Shown piece by piece: positions 1-7,599 of a stretch of 18,605 nt of DNA. Numbering within the stretch: the stretch's first letter is position 1; every line of letters begins with the position of its first letter. The notes beneath the pieces are model-generated. The model made no database searches. It worked only from the letters and a program-made list of their open reading frames with translations, and was not told the DNA's origin. The DNA lies in contig JBNJGY010000042.1 in the NCBI GenBank assembly GCA_051748045.1, positions 1-18,605 of the forward strand, given 5' to 3'. Source of the DNA: Thermotogota bacterium. GTDB lineage: Bacteria; Thermotogota; Thermotogae; Petrotogales; Petrotogaceae. Position numbers and translations under genes: made by a program.

Positions 1-327
1 ATTGATATTTATACTCCTTGGTTTTGGATTTATGCTTCTGGACAATCTATGGAGTTTAATAATGCGAAAAGAATTTACGGATATGATTTTTTTAATAACA
101 GAATGATTGACAGATGGATTTCTAAAGATGATGAAAATGATTTCGTTATTCAATCACTTAGATGTTATTCTCCAGCTGATTTAAAATTGCTAATTAAAAA
201 TACTTCTTTGAAATTAGAAGAAGGTATTCCTGGAAGTTCTTTTAATTATGAAACAAAAGAATTTACTCCAAAAGCAGATTTAAATAAATCCATGATGTTT
301 ACAGCAATATTAGCCTATAAGAGTTAA
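1..327 (+). CDS. 3' part of a probable class I SAM-dependent methyltransferase (5'-truncated by the window edge)
   Basis: Frame 1 is open from base 1 (IDIYTPWFWIYASGQS-MEF...), so the ATG at 49 is internal. The segments DIYTPW, RIYGYDF, RMIDRW and QSLRCYSPADLKLL resemble, from memory, the C-terminal half of a Firmicutes-type methyltransferase family. The SAM-binding motif I would lie outside the window. Confidence 0.55.
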   Translation: MDIYTPWFWIYASGQSMEFNNAKRIYGYDFFNNRMIDRWISKDDENDFVIQSLRCYSPADLKLLIKNTSLKLEEGIPGSSFNYETKEFTPKADLNKSMMFTAILAYKS

Positions 328-340
328 TTCTTATAGGCTA
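311..340. terminator. Bidirectional terminator-like hairpin between convergent genes
   Basis: Perfect 12-bp inverted repeat TAGCCTATAAGA (311-322) / TCTTATAGGCTA (329-340). It covers the TAA of the + gene (325-327) and the TAG of thiP (338-340). The U-tracts are weak. Confidence 0.7.
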
Positions 341-1873
341 TAAATTTTTATAAAATCTATTTTTTATTTGATTAGAAATTAAAAAAATAGTTATTATTAT
401 TACTATATTTAAAGCACTCAAAGCATTTGCTTCTAGATAATATCTATTTGCAGAAATAGAATAATTTACAACACTAACAAGAGGGAAAAAATCCCTAACT
501 TGCATTGTATAAGTTATCGTGAACTCTCCATAAATTATTGCAAAGATTTGTAAAAAAACAGATAAAACTGATGGAAGAATTAGAGGAAACTCAATATGCC
601 AAAAACTTTGCCATTTATTCGCCCCATCTATACTCGCAGCCTCAGTTAGATTTTTATTGAATCCAACAATATGCTGAAATAGAAAAGAGTAGGTAATAGG
701 AATCGTAATCATCATAAACCCAATTACCAAAAGAAAGACAAAAGGTATCCCGTATAGAATATTAATGTATAGCAACCCCATAGCTAAAAAAGCTGAAGAT
801 ATCCCTAAAAAGGGCAAAATAACTCTGTCTGTGAATTTACTATAATTTTTCAAGATTATGTATGTAAAAACTATACTCAAAGTAGAAGCTATTAAAGCAA
901 CAAACAGTGAATTGAATATAGATTCTATAACAGGAAATTTGTTATTAAAATCTTTACTGAAGAGATTCAAAAATCCAGATAGATCAAATTTCATATCAAA
1001 AAAGTTGAAAAAAGCAGAAAAAATACCCACTAAAACTATAGAAAATTCAAATATCAAATATAATATTGAGATAAAAGTAACTGTTTTACCAACTTTTTTA
1101 TAACCAGAAACATCTCCTTCAAAAGAAAAAATATTTATTTTAGAAATGACAAAATTTAAAACAAATAAAACAGCAAATTGTATAAGTGCATATCCTAAAG
1201 CTTTTGAAAAATCAAAAGACCCTCTCAAGGTATTTGCAATAGCAACTTCTAAAGTTGAATACTTGATCCCACCTAAATTCAAAACTACTGCAAAACTCAT
1301 AAAGCTATAAGTAAAAACCAAAAAAAATGCTTTCATTATTGAAGGCATTATCATAGGTGCTTCTACAGATAAAAATGTTCTTATTTTACTAGCACCATCT
1401 ATTTTTGAAGCTTCTACAACAGCATTGGGAACTTTCCTCAATGCTTCTCCAATATATTTTACAAATATTGGAGAATTATAAAAAACATGTGCCAAAACAA
1501 TTGCATTCATCGTGTAGAGAATATTCATTTCTATTCCTAATTTCGCAAAGACTCCAGCATTAGAATATAAAAGACTGAAGGCGAGCACCATAGAAACAGG
1601 AGGGAAGAAAAAGGGAATGAATATACTTCCCTCCAAAATATTTGAAATAAAATTTTTCTTTTTGTATATATAGTAAGAAGGTATTATTGCTACTATTAAA
1701 GAAATAAAACTAGATAGTATTGATTGTAAAAACGTAACACCAAGGATTCGCGACAAGCGCGAATCCATTAAGATATTGAAATTATTAAGTTCAAAAAAAT
1801 CTCTAAACAAAAATATGAAAGGAGTTACCCATAAAACAATATATATTATGGGAATTATTTTTTTTCTAATCAT
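338..1873 (-). CDS. thiP: Thiamine ABC transporter permease (ThiP/FbpB-type, two fused TM domains)
   Basis: 511 aa, highly hydrophobic, with two EAA loops (EASKIDGASK and EAASIDGANK) and LAHVFYNSP and LGGIKYSTLEVAI motifs typical of ThiP. Lies 4 nt downstream of the thiB stop, under a TPP riboswitch. Confidence 0.88.
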   Translation of the reverse strand: MIRKKIIPIIYIVLWVTPFIFLFRDFFELNNFNILMDSRLSRILGVTFLQSILSSFISLIVAIIPSYYIYKKKNFISNILEGSIFIPFFFPPVSMVLAFSLLYSNAGVFAKLGIEMNILYTMNAIVLAHVFYNSPIFVKYIGEALRKVPNAVVEASKIDGASKIRTFLSVEAPMIMPSIMKAFFLVFTYSFMSFAVVLNLGGIKYSTLEVAIANTLRGSFDFSKALGYALIQFAVLFVLNFVISKINIFSFEGDVSGYKKVGKTVTFISILYLIFEFSIVLVGIFSAFFNFFDMKFDLSGFLNLFSKDFNNKFPVIESIFNSLFVALIASTLSIVFTYIILKNYSKFTDRVILPFLGISSAFLAMGLLYINILYGIPFVFLLVIGFMMITIPITYSFLFQHIVGFNKNLTEAASIDGANKWQSFWHIEFPLILPSVLSVFLQIFAIIYGEFTITYTMQVRDFFPLVSVVNYSISANRYYLEANALSALNIVIIITIFLISNQIKNRFYKNL

Positions 1874-1877
1874 TTTA

Positions 1878-2849
1878 TTAGTACATTATTTCCTCCCATT
1901 CGTTTAACCATTTATCTAAATTTTCAGCGATTTCTTCTGATTCTATAGTTAATATTTTATCAGGTTTTAGTGCATATTCATATGAATCAGGAAGTTCCAC
2001 ATTTGTAACAGGGAACATCCATTGATTTAAAGGAATTTCTTTTTGGAAATCATCCATTAATAAAAATTCTATAAATCTTTTTGATAATTCTTCATTTTTA
2101 GTACCTTTTACTATTCCCGCACCTTCTATTTGCACATATCCGCCTTCTTCAGGAATAAGTGCTTTATATTTTGTGCTTTCATAGTATTCATAAGAATAAG
2201 CTCCATCAGTTGCATAGCTAACCATCATTGGAGCTTCACCAGCTTCAAATTTTGAAAAAGAATCTGTCCAACCTGTTGTAACTGTTAATATAGATGGTTT
2301 TAATTCTTTCCAAAACTCTTGCCAATCTTCTCCATATATAGCTATTGTCCATAATAAAAACGCCTGTCCAGTACTAGAACTTCTTGGGTCTTGGATTATC
2401 AAGGATTTGTTCATTTTTGTTAAGTCTTCAAAACTTTTTGGTGTTGAATCTAATCTTTCAGGGTCATAAATAATTGCAATAGCCCCGTAATCATATGGAG
2501 TAACTGAGTATTCTTTATTAAAAACAATATCTTGATTTTCTATTTTTGATGAGTTTAAAGGTTTGTATGACATCAAAAGATCATTTTTAACCGCTTCTAC
2601 AGTCAAACTTTGATCCAACCCAATAACAACATCTGCTCTTGGGTTTCTTTTTTCTAATTTAATTCTGGATAAAACATTTCCAGCGTCTCCCAATTTCATT
2701 ACCTCTACATCAACACCATACATATCTTCAAATTCTGCAATAACTTCTTCATCTATCCAGCCCATACTTTCATAAGTATAAACGGTTAAAGAACTAAAAG
2801 AAACTAAACTCAATAAAGTAATTAACAATAATAAAAACAACCTTCTCAC
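1878..2849 (-). CDS. thiB: Thiamine ABC transporter substrate-binding protein
   Basis: GTG start with RBS AGGAGG upstream and a hydrophobic signal peptide. Motifs LTVYTYES, ADVVIGLD, PYDYG, QDPRSSSTG, GEAPMMVSYATD and QWMFP match TbpA/ThiB. Directly downstream of a TPP riboswitch. Confidence 0.92.
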   Translation of the reverse strand: MRRLFLLLLITLLSLVSFSSLTVYTYESMGWIDEEVIAEFEDMYGVDVEVMKLGDAGNVLSRIKLEKRNPRADVVIGLDQSLTVEAVKNDLLMSYKPLNSSKIENQDIVFNKEYSVTPYDYGAIAIIYDPERLDSTPKSFEDLTKMNKSLIIQDPRSSSTGQAFLLWTIAIYGEDWQEFWKELKPSILTVTTGWTDSFSKFEAGEAPMMVSYATDGAYSYEYYESTKYKALIPEEGGYVQIEGAGIVKGTKNEELSKRFIEFLLMDDFQKEIPLNQWMFPVTNVELPDSYEYALKPDKILTIESEEIAENLDKWLNEWEEIMY

Positions 2850-2879
2850 TTTGAAAACCTCCTTTAGATTTTTGAAAAT

Positions 2880-2913
2880 AAATAAAAAACTCTCACCTTA
2901 ATATAGGCGAGAG
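2880..2913 (-). terminator. Intrinsic terminator forming the expression platform of the TPP riboswitch
   Basis: The minus strand reads CTCTCGCCT-ATATTA-AGGTGAGAG-TTTTTTATTT: a 9-bp stem with one G-U pair followed by a U-tract. It lies between the aptamer and the thiB RBS. Confidence 0.85.
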
Positions 2914-2929
2914 CTAATATATTTTTGAT

Positions 2930-3012
2930 TACACTTCCTACGCCGGCATTACCCGGATCAGGTTTTAGGGTCGGCAAATTGCCCTCTCAGCCTATATGGC
3001 TCCCCTGGTTCA
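2930..3012 (-). ncRNA. TPP riboswitch (THI-box) aptamer
   Basis: The minus strand reads ACCAGGGGAGCCATATAGGCTGAGAGGGCAATTTGCCGACCCTAAAACCTGATCCGGGTAATGCCGGCGTAGGAAGTG. It has the conserved GGGG, GCTGAGA, ACCC, ACCTGA, TAAT and GCGTAGG elements and a P3a-like GGCAA-T-TTGCC hairpin. It is a GC-rich island upstream of thiB. Confidence 0.96.
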
Positions 3013-3104
3013 TTTATTTAATTTTCTAAATATAGAATAACAATCTTTTAATAAAATGAAGTTTCACTTTTATTTCTAATTAGTAAATTAAAATTCTAAT
3101 ACAA

Positions 3105-4370
3105 TCAAAAGGTTTGAAAAAAATCATAAACAAATTTTGTTACTTCATACAATATTTCATAAGATAATAATTCAGGTTTATCATTCAGAGTGTGCATTAT
3201 TCCCTTTGATGGTTGAATCAATTGAACTGAAGTTATCCCAACATCATTAAAAGCCTGAGCATCTCCACCTACTACTTCTGACATTGTAGTTTTGAAATCA
3301 TAATTTTTTGACTTTATAAACATTTTTGTCCTTAAGGATTTATTCCCTTCTTTTATGTTTTCTATATTAATAGTATTAATATTATTTATCCCCAAACTAT
3401 CAAAATTCACATAATATGTTTTTTCTATGTTAAACTCTTTTTCTTGTACAAATTTCTGAGACCCGATATAATATTGTTCTTCTCCAGAAAAAAACACGAA
3501 AATGTAATTAAACTTCTTATTATCTTTTAGCATCTTAGCAAGTTCTAAAACTATTGAAGCCCCCGATGCGTTATCATAAGCTCCAGGATATGTTTGAGGA
3601 ATATAACCTTGTCCGTCAAAATGAGCTCCAAAAATTATAGTTTCTTCTGCATTATTTTCTACATAAGTATAAACATTATTAGTATTTGATTTTTCAATTG
3701 TTGCATAAGCTTCAATCAAAATTTTTTGATCTGGATTATCTTTTATATAATCAAAAGAATCTTCAGTTACGCTACCTAAAAAAGGGCCTTGGTTAGTATA
3801 TCCTCCGTTGCTGAAGACTCCAATCATCTTTGGGAACTCTCCAAAATCAGTATCTCCAGCAATAAAAAGACCCTCTACTTTATTATTTGGGTTAAATAGC
3901 TTTTGCATATTCATAGGATTTTGACTTATTCTTTCAAATAGATCTTTTTTTACGAAAATGACCTTGTTTTTTGCAATATTTTCTAAATCCTCAATTTTGT
4001 TGAGTACATAAACTTCTGATTCTAATTTACCGTTGTATCTAACTCCTGGTTGTATTTTAATTTCAAAATCGTAAGCATAATCAAATGATTTCTCGCCATA
4101 GATTAAAATAGGAGTTTTATTATATTTTGCTACATCAAGTTCAAAAGAAAAATATTTTGGAGTATATCCAACTTTTCCCAATGACTCGTATAAATATTTT
4201 TCTACTTTTGAACTCCCCACTGTTCCAGACAATCTACCTTGGAATTCTTTTTTACTTAATTCAAAAACAGTTTCTTTTAAATCTTGAATAATTATATCTT
4301 TGTCTAAAATATTACTAAAAACAAATGATATAATTAAAATAGATAAAACCAATAATACAATTTTTTTCAT
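3105..4370 (-). CDS. Secreted M28 family zinc (amino)peptidase with a PA-like insert
   Basis: Start moved to ATG 4370 (RBS GAGGTGG; signal peptide MKKIVLLVLSILIISFVFS). M28 metal and catalytic motifs are present: GAHFD, GAYDNASG, FSGEE, NFDSLG, MHTLND. N-terminal GRLSGT is followed by a long insert before the catalytic core. Confidence 0.85.
   Translation of the reverse strand: MKKIVLLVLSILIISFVFSNILDKDIIIQDLKETVFELSKKEFQGRLSGTVGSSKVEKYLYESLGKVGYTPKYFSFELDVAKYNKTPILIYGEKSFDYAYDFEIKIQPGVRYNGKLESEVYVLNKIEDLENIAKNKVIFVKKDLFERISQNPMNMQKLFNPNNKVEGLFIAGDTDFGEFPKMIGVFSNGGYTNQGPFLGSVTEDSFDYIKDNPDQKILIEAYATIEKSNTNNVYTYVENNAEETIIFGAHFDGQGYIPQTYPGAYDNASGASIVLELAKMLKDNKKFNYIFVFFSGEEQYYIGSQKFVQEKEFNIEKTYYVNFDSLGINNINTINIENIKEGNKSLRTKMFIKSKNYDFKTTMSEVVGGDAQAFNDVGITSVQLIQPSKGIMHTLNDKPELLSYEILYEVTKFVYDFFQTF
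4326..4334 (+). promoter_or_regulatory. Candidate extended -10 promoter (TGnTATAAT) for the amidohydrolase run, inside the M28 CDS
   Basis: TGATATAAT at 4326-4334, about 90 nt upstream of the TTG start. No good -35. The AT-rich context lowers specificity. Confidence 0.4.
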
Positions 4371-4399
4371 CCCATCTACCACCTCACTCATCCAACAAA

Positions 4400-4408
4400 A
4401 TTATATCA
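4400..4408 (-). promoter_or_regulatory. Candidate extended -10 promoter (TGnTATAAT) for the M28 peptidase
   Basis: The + strand ATTATATCA reads TGATATAAT on the minus strand, 30 nt upstream of ATG 4370, leaving room for the RBS. Confidence 0.55.
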
Positions 4409-4425
4409 TAAAGGGTGTGAATTTA

Positions 4426-5283
4426 TTGAAAATAATCGACGCACATATGCATTTTTCTAATATTTTGAGTTTTAAAGGTACAGCTTTAGAAATTTCTGAT
4501 CTTGACTATTCTTCTATTGGACTTAGAAACGAATATGAAGAAAATAATATAGTAGCTGGGATTGGAATGGGGCTTTCAGAAACAGAAGAAGGAAGTTTTC
4601 CTGACTACAACACTCAAAACCCAATGAGGCTTGATTTAGAAGTACCAAATCCAGCTTATATTTATGAATGTTTAGGAATCAACCCTTATGATTTACAAAA
4701 GAGAAAAGAAAGCATAAATGATATTGAAAAAGCTATTCAAGAGACAAGAATAGTTGGACTAAAAATATATGCTGGTTATTATCCTTTTTATGTTTATGAT
4801 ACAGTATATGAACCAATTTATGAATTAGCAGAAAAATATAACTTACCAATAGTAATTCATTCTGGAGATACTTATTCAGAAAGAGGTCTTTTAAAATATT
4901 CTCATCCCTTACATATTGATGAGTTAGCAGTTTTTCATAGAAATATAAATTTTATTATAGCTCATCTAGGAGATCCTTGGGTAATGGATACAGCTGAAAT
5001 TTTATCAAAAAACAGAAATGTTTTTGCAGATTTATCTGGATTAATAGTTTCTGATGAATATAAGGCTAAAACATATATAAACCAAAAGACTTTTATCGAA
5101 CATTTTCAAAGGGCAATATTCTATAGTGAAACATACGACAAACTCCTTTTTGGTACAGATTGGCCTCTAGTTCAAGTTAAACCTTATATTGAATTCATAA
5201 AAAGAATTGTCCCAGAAAAACATTATGAAGATATTTTTTATAATAACGCGAATAATTTATTCAAACTATTCAAGGAGGGGTAG
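4426..5283 (+). CDS. Amidohydrolase_2 family TIM-barrel metallohydrolase, substrate unknown
   Basis: Start moved to TTG 4426 (RBS-like AAGGGTG; MKIIDAHMH). It has the HxH metal motif, GLKIY, IHSG, AHLG, DLSG and LLFGTDWP, and ends with IFYNNANNLF. Confidence 0.88.
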   Translation: MKIIDAHMHFSNILSFKGTALEISDLDYSSIGLRNEYEENNIVAGIGMGLSETEEGSFPDYNTQNPMRLDLEVPNPAYIYECLGINPYDLQKRKESINDIEKAIQETRIVGLKIYAGYYPFYVYDTVYEPIYELAEKYNLPIVIHSGDTYSERGLLKYSHPLHIDELAVFHRNINFIIAHLGDPWVMDTAEILSKNRNVFADLSGLIVSDEYKAKTYINQKTFIEHFQRAIFYSETYDKLLFGTDWPLVQVKPYIEFIKRIVPEKHYEDIFYNNANNLFKLFKEG

Positions 5284-5286
5284 AAT

Positions 5287-6324
5287 ATGGAAAAAATTAA
5301 TGTTGGTATTATTGGATTTGGTACATCAGCGAGTGTTTTTCATGCTCCAATTTTAGATTATTTACCCGAGTTTGAAATAAAAAAAGTTTATGAAAGAAAA
5401 TCCGAAAAATCAAAAAAAGAATATCCATATGTGGAAGTTGTTCATAACATAGAAGACCTTTTTGCACCTGATATAGATGCAGTTTTGGTTACTACCCCAA
5501 ACAAAATACACTATGATCACGCTAAATTGGCTTTACTCCATAATAAACATGTCATTGTTGAAAAACCTTTCACTGTTAGTTCTACAGAAGCTAAAGAACT
5601 TGTTGATTTAGCAATTAAAAAAAATCTAGCTTTAACAGTTAACCAAAACAGACGATGGGATGGAGATTTTTTAACAGTTAAAAAACTTTTGAAAAGTAAA
5701 AAACTAGGGAAAATAGTAAATTTTGAAGCCCATTTCGATAGATTTAGAAACTTTATAAAAGATAAATGGAAAGAAAAAGATGAACCTGGCTCAGGAATTG
5801 TATATGACTTAGGATCTCATTTAATAGATCAAGCACTTTGCATTTTTGGTGAACCTTATGCAATTTTTGCTGATATAAGAAAACAAAGGCCAAATGCTGT
5901 TGTAGATGATTATTTTGAAATAATATTAGATTACAACACAATAAAAGTCACCTTAAAAGCTGATATGCTTTCTAATTATAAATCACCTAAATATATAATA
6001 AAAGGGTTAAATGGTACTTTTATAAAATATGGAACAGATGTTCAAGAAGACCAATTAAAAGAAAAAATAACTCCAGATAACCCTAATTATGGAAAAGATA
6101 CTGAATCAAATTGGGGAATTATAAACTATATAGAAAATGAACAGGATAAATCTGAAAAAATAGAAACTGAAACAGGTAGATATCACTCTTTTTATAAAAA
6201 TTTTTATGATAGAGTAACTAATAACAATCAGTTGGAAGTAAGACCAGAAACAGCTTTAAGAACTATACAAATAATCGAAAAAGCTTTTGAAAGCAATAAA
6301 GAAAGAAAATTTATAATTTTATGA
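5287..6324 (+). CDS. Gfo/Idh/MocA NAD(P)-dependent oxidoreductase (YdgJ/IolW-like subfamily)
   Basis: RBS AGGAGGGG. Rossmann IIGFGTSASVFHAP, plus VEKP, QNRRWDGDF and YDLGSHLIDQ motifs. The substrate cannot be determined from motifs. Confidence 0.9.
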   Translation: MEKINVGIIGFGTSASVFHAPILDYLPEFEIKKVYERKSEKSKKEYPYVEVVHNIEDLFAPDIDAVLVTTPNKIHYDHAKLALLHNKHVIVEKPFTVSSTEAKELVDLAIKKNLALTVNQNRRWDGDFLTVKKLLKSKKLGKIVNFEAHFDRFRNFIKDKWKEKDEPGSGIVYDLGSHLIDQALCIFGEPYAIFADIRKQRPNAVVDDYFEIILDYNTIKVTLKADMLSNYKSPKYIIKGLNGTFIKYGTDVQEDQLKEKITPDNPNYGKDTESNWGIINYIENEQDKSEKIETETGRYHSFYKNFYDRVTNNNQLEVRPETALRTIQIIEKAFESNKERKFIIL

Positions 6325-6350
6325 AATATAAATCTCAGGGGGGAATTTAT

Positions 6351-7598
6351 ATGAAAATAGGGGAATTTGCAGATAGGTACAATTTATCCAGAGATACAGT
6401 TAGATACTATATAGATAATGGTATGATAATTCCAGAAAAAATTCATAACAGATATCATTTCGATAAAACATGTGAAAAAAGTATGGACTTTATTCTACAG
6501 TTTAAAAAAATGAAATTTACAATTGAAGAGATTAAACATATATTGACTTATATGAGAATGTTACCAAAAGCTGGTAAAGCAGAAAACGAATATCTATTAA
6601 GTATAATTCAAAATAAAATAGATCAAGTAATAAAAGAAAAAACAGAATATGAATTTGCTTTGAAAGAATTAGAGAAAGTTAAATCTTCTTATGAGAATGA
6701 GCTTAAGAATGCAAAAACACTTTATAAAAGTTATTCTATTCCTATAGATATTTTGGGGTTATTAGCTTGCCCAAAATGTCAAACATCATTAAAGTTAAAT
6801 AATGCATCAATAGAAAACAATAAAATAGAAAATGGAGATTTATATTGTGAATGCGGTTATAATGCAAAAATTGATAGTGGAATAATAGTAACAGATGATG
6901 CAGATAAAAAAGCTTTTCATAAATCTCATGATGAAGAAATCGCTTATAAGAGTATAGTTGATGAAAATGATTCAGAATACCTTTCATTTTTAATGTCTCC
7001 ATCTTATTGGATGGAAAAAAGAGTGAAATTAGAAGACTTGCACAATAAAAACATAATACTTTTAAGACCCATTGGCCATGAAATTTCCTATAGATTTATA
7101 GAAAAAGTCAAAAACGCTAATATTTTTATTACAGATTATCAGTATTTAAGAATTAAAGGTCTTAAAAAAAGAATGGAAAGAACAGATTTAAAATCTACAT
7201 CTAATGTTATTTTTATGTCTTTTGATTATATGAACATACCACTAAAAAATAATACTTTTGATTATGCGTTTGATCTCTCAGGTATGATTAACTATGTTTC
7301 AAACTATAACAAATCTCCAATAAAAAACTTTTATGAAATTTTAAAAAATAAAGGATTATTCTTTTCTACATTCTTTTTAAAAGAATCAACAGAAAATATG
7401 TTTGTAAAAGAAGTAAAATATTTAGATAAACTATACACTAGAGATTTCATCGATGAAGAGTATAAAATATTCGAAAAAGAAGAATCAGCAGTCATTCAAG
7501 GTTCAGATTTCAAAACTGAGATAGATAGTTTTATGAAAAGAAAAGCTAGGTTAGATTTCTTTGTTTTTAAGGGAAGAAAAATAGTAGGAGATGATTAA
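6351..7598 (+). CDS. MerR-family regulator fused to a Trm112-like Zn ribbon and a degenerate class I methyltransferase-like domain
   Basis: Start at ATG 6351 after GGGGGG. The MerR HTH (MKIGEFADRYNLSRDTVRYY...KKMKFTIEEIK) is followed by a coiled coil, LACPKC...LYCECG...IDSGI, and then ITDY and FDYMNIPLKNNTFDYAF...EILKNKGLF, which resemble methyltransferase motifs II/III. Confidence 0.8.
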   Translation: MKIGEFADRYNLSRDTVRYYIDNGMIIPEKIHNRYHFDKTCEKSMDFILQFKKMKFTIEEIKHILTYMRMLPKAGKAENEYLLSIIQNKIDQVIKEKTEYEFALKELEKVKSSYENELKNAKTLYKSYSIPIDILGLLACPKCQTSLKLNNASIENNKIENGDLYCECGYNAKIDSGIIVTDDADKKAFHKSHDEEIAYKSIVDENDSEYLSFLMSPSYWMEKRVKLEDLHNKNIILLRPIGHEISYRFIEKVKNANIFITDYQYLRIKGLKKRMERTDLKSTSNVIFMSFDYMNIPLKNNTFDYAFDLSGMINYVSNYNKSPIKNFYEILKNKGLFFSTFFLKESTENMFVKEVKYLDKLYTRDFIDEEYKIFEKEESAVIQGSDFKTEIDSFMKRKARLDFFVFKGRKIVGDD

Positions 7599-7599
7599 A

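Noticed and set aside
858-1103. 81 aa + strand ORF inside thiP
   Set aside because: Antisense shadow of a hydrophobic membrane-protein gene; no RBS or recognisable motif.
4300-4425. Apparent overlap of ORFs 3105-4391 and 4300-5283 in the ORF track
   Set aside because: Artefact of longest-ORF starts. RBS positions and domain boundaries place the starts at 4370 (minus) and 4426 (plus), with no coding overlap.
5287-6324. Naming the oxidoreductase iolW (scyllo-inositol dehydrogenase)
   Set aside because: The subfamily motifs fit, but no iol genes are nearby and substrate cannot be assigned from motifs alone.
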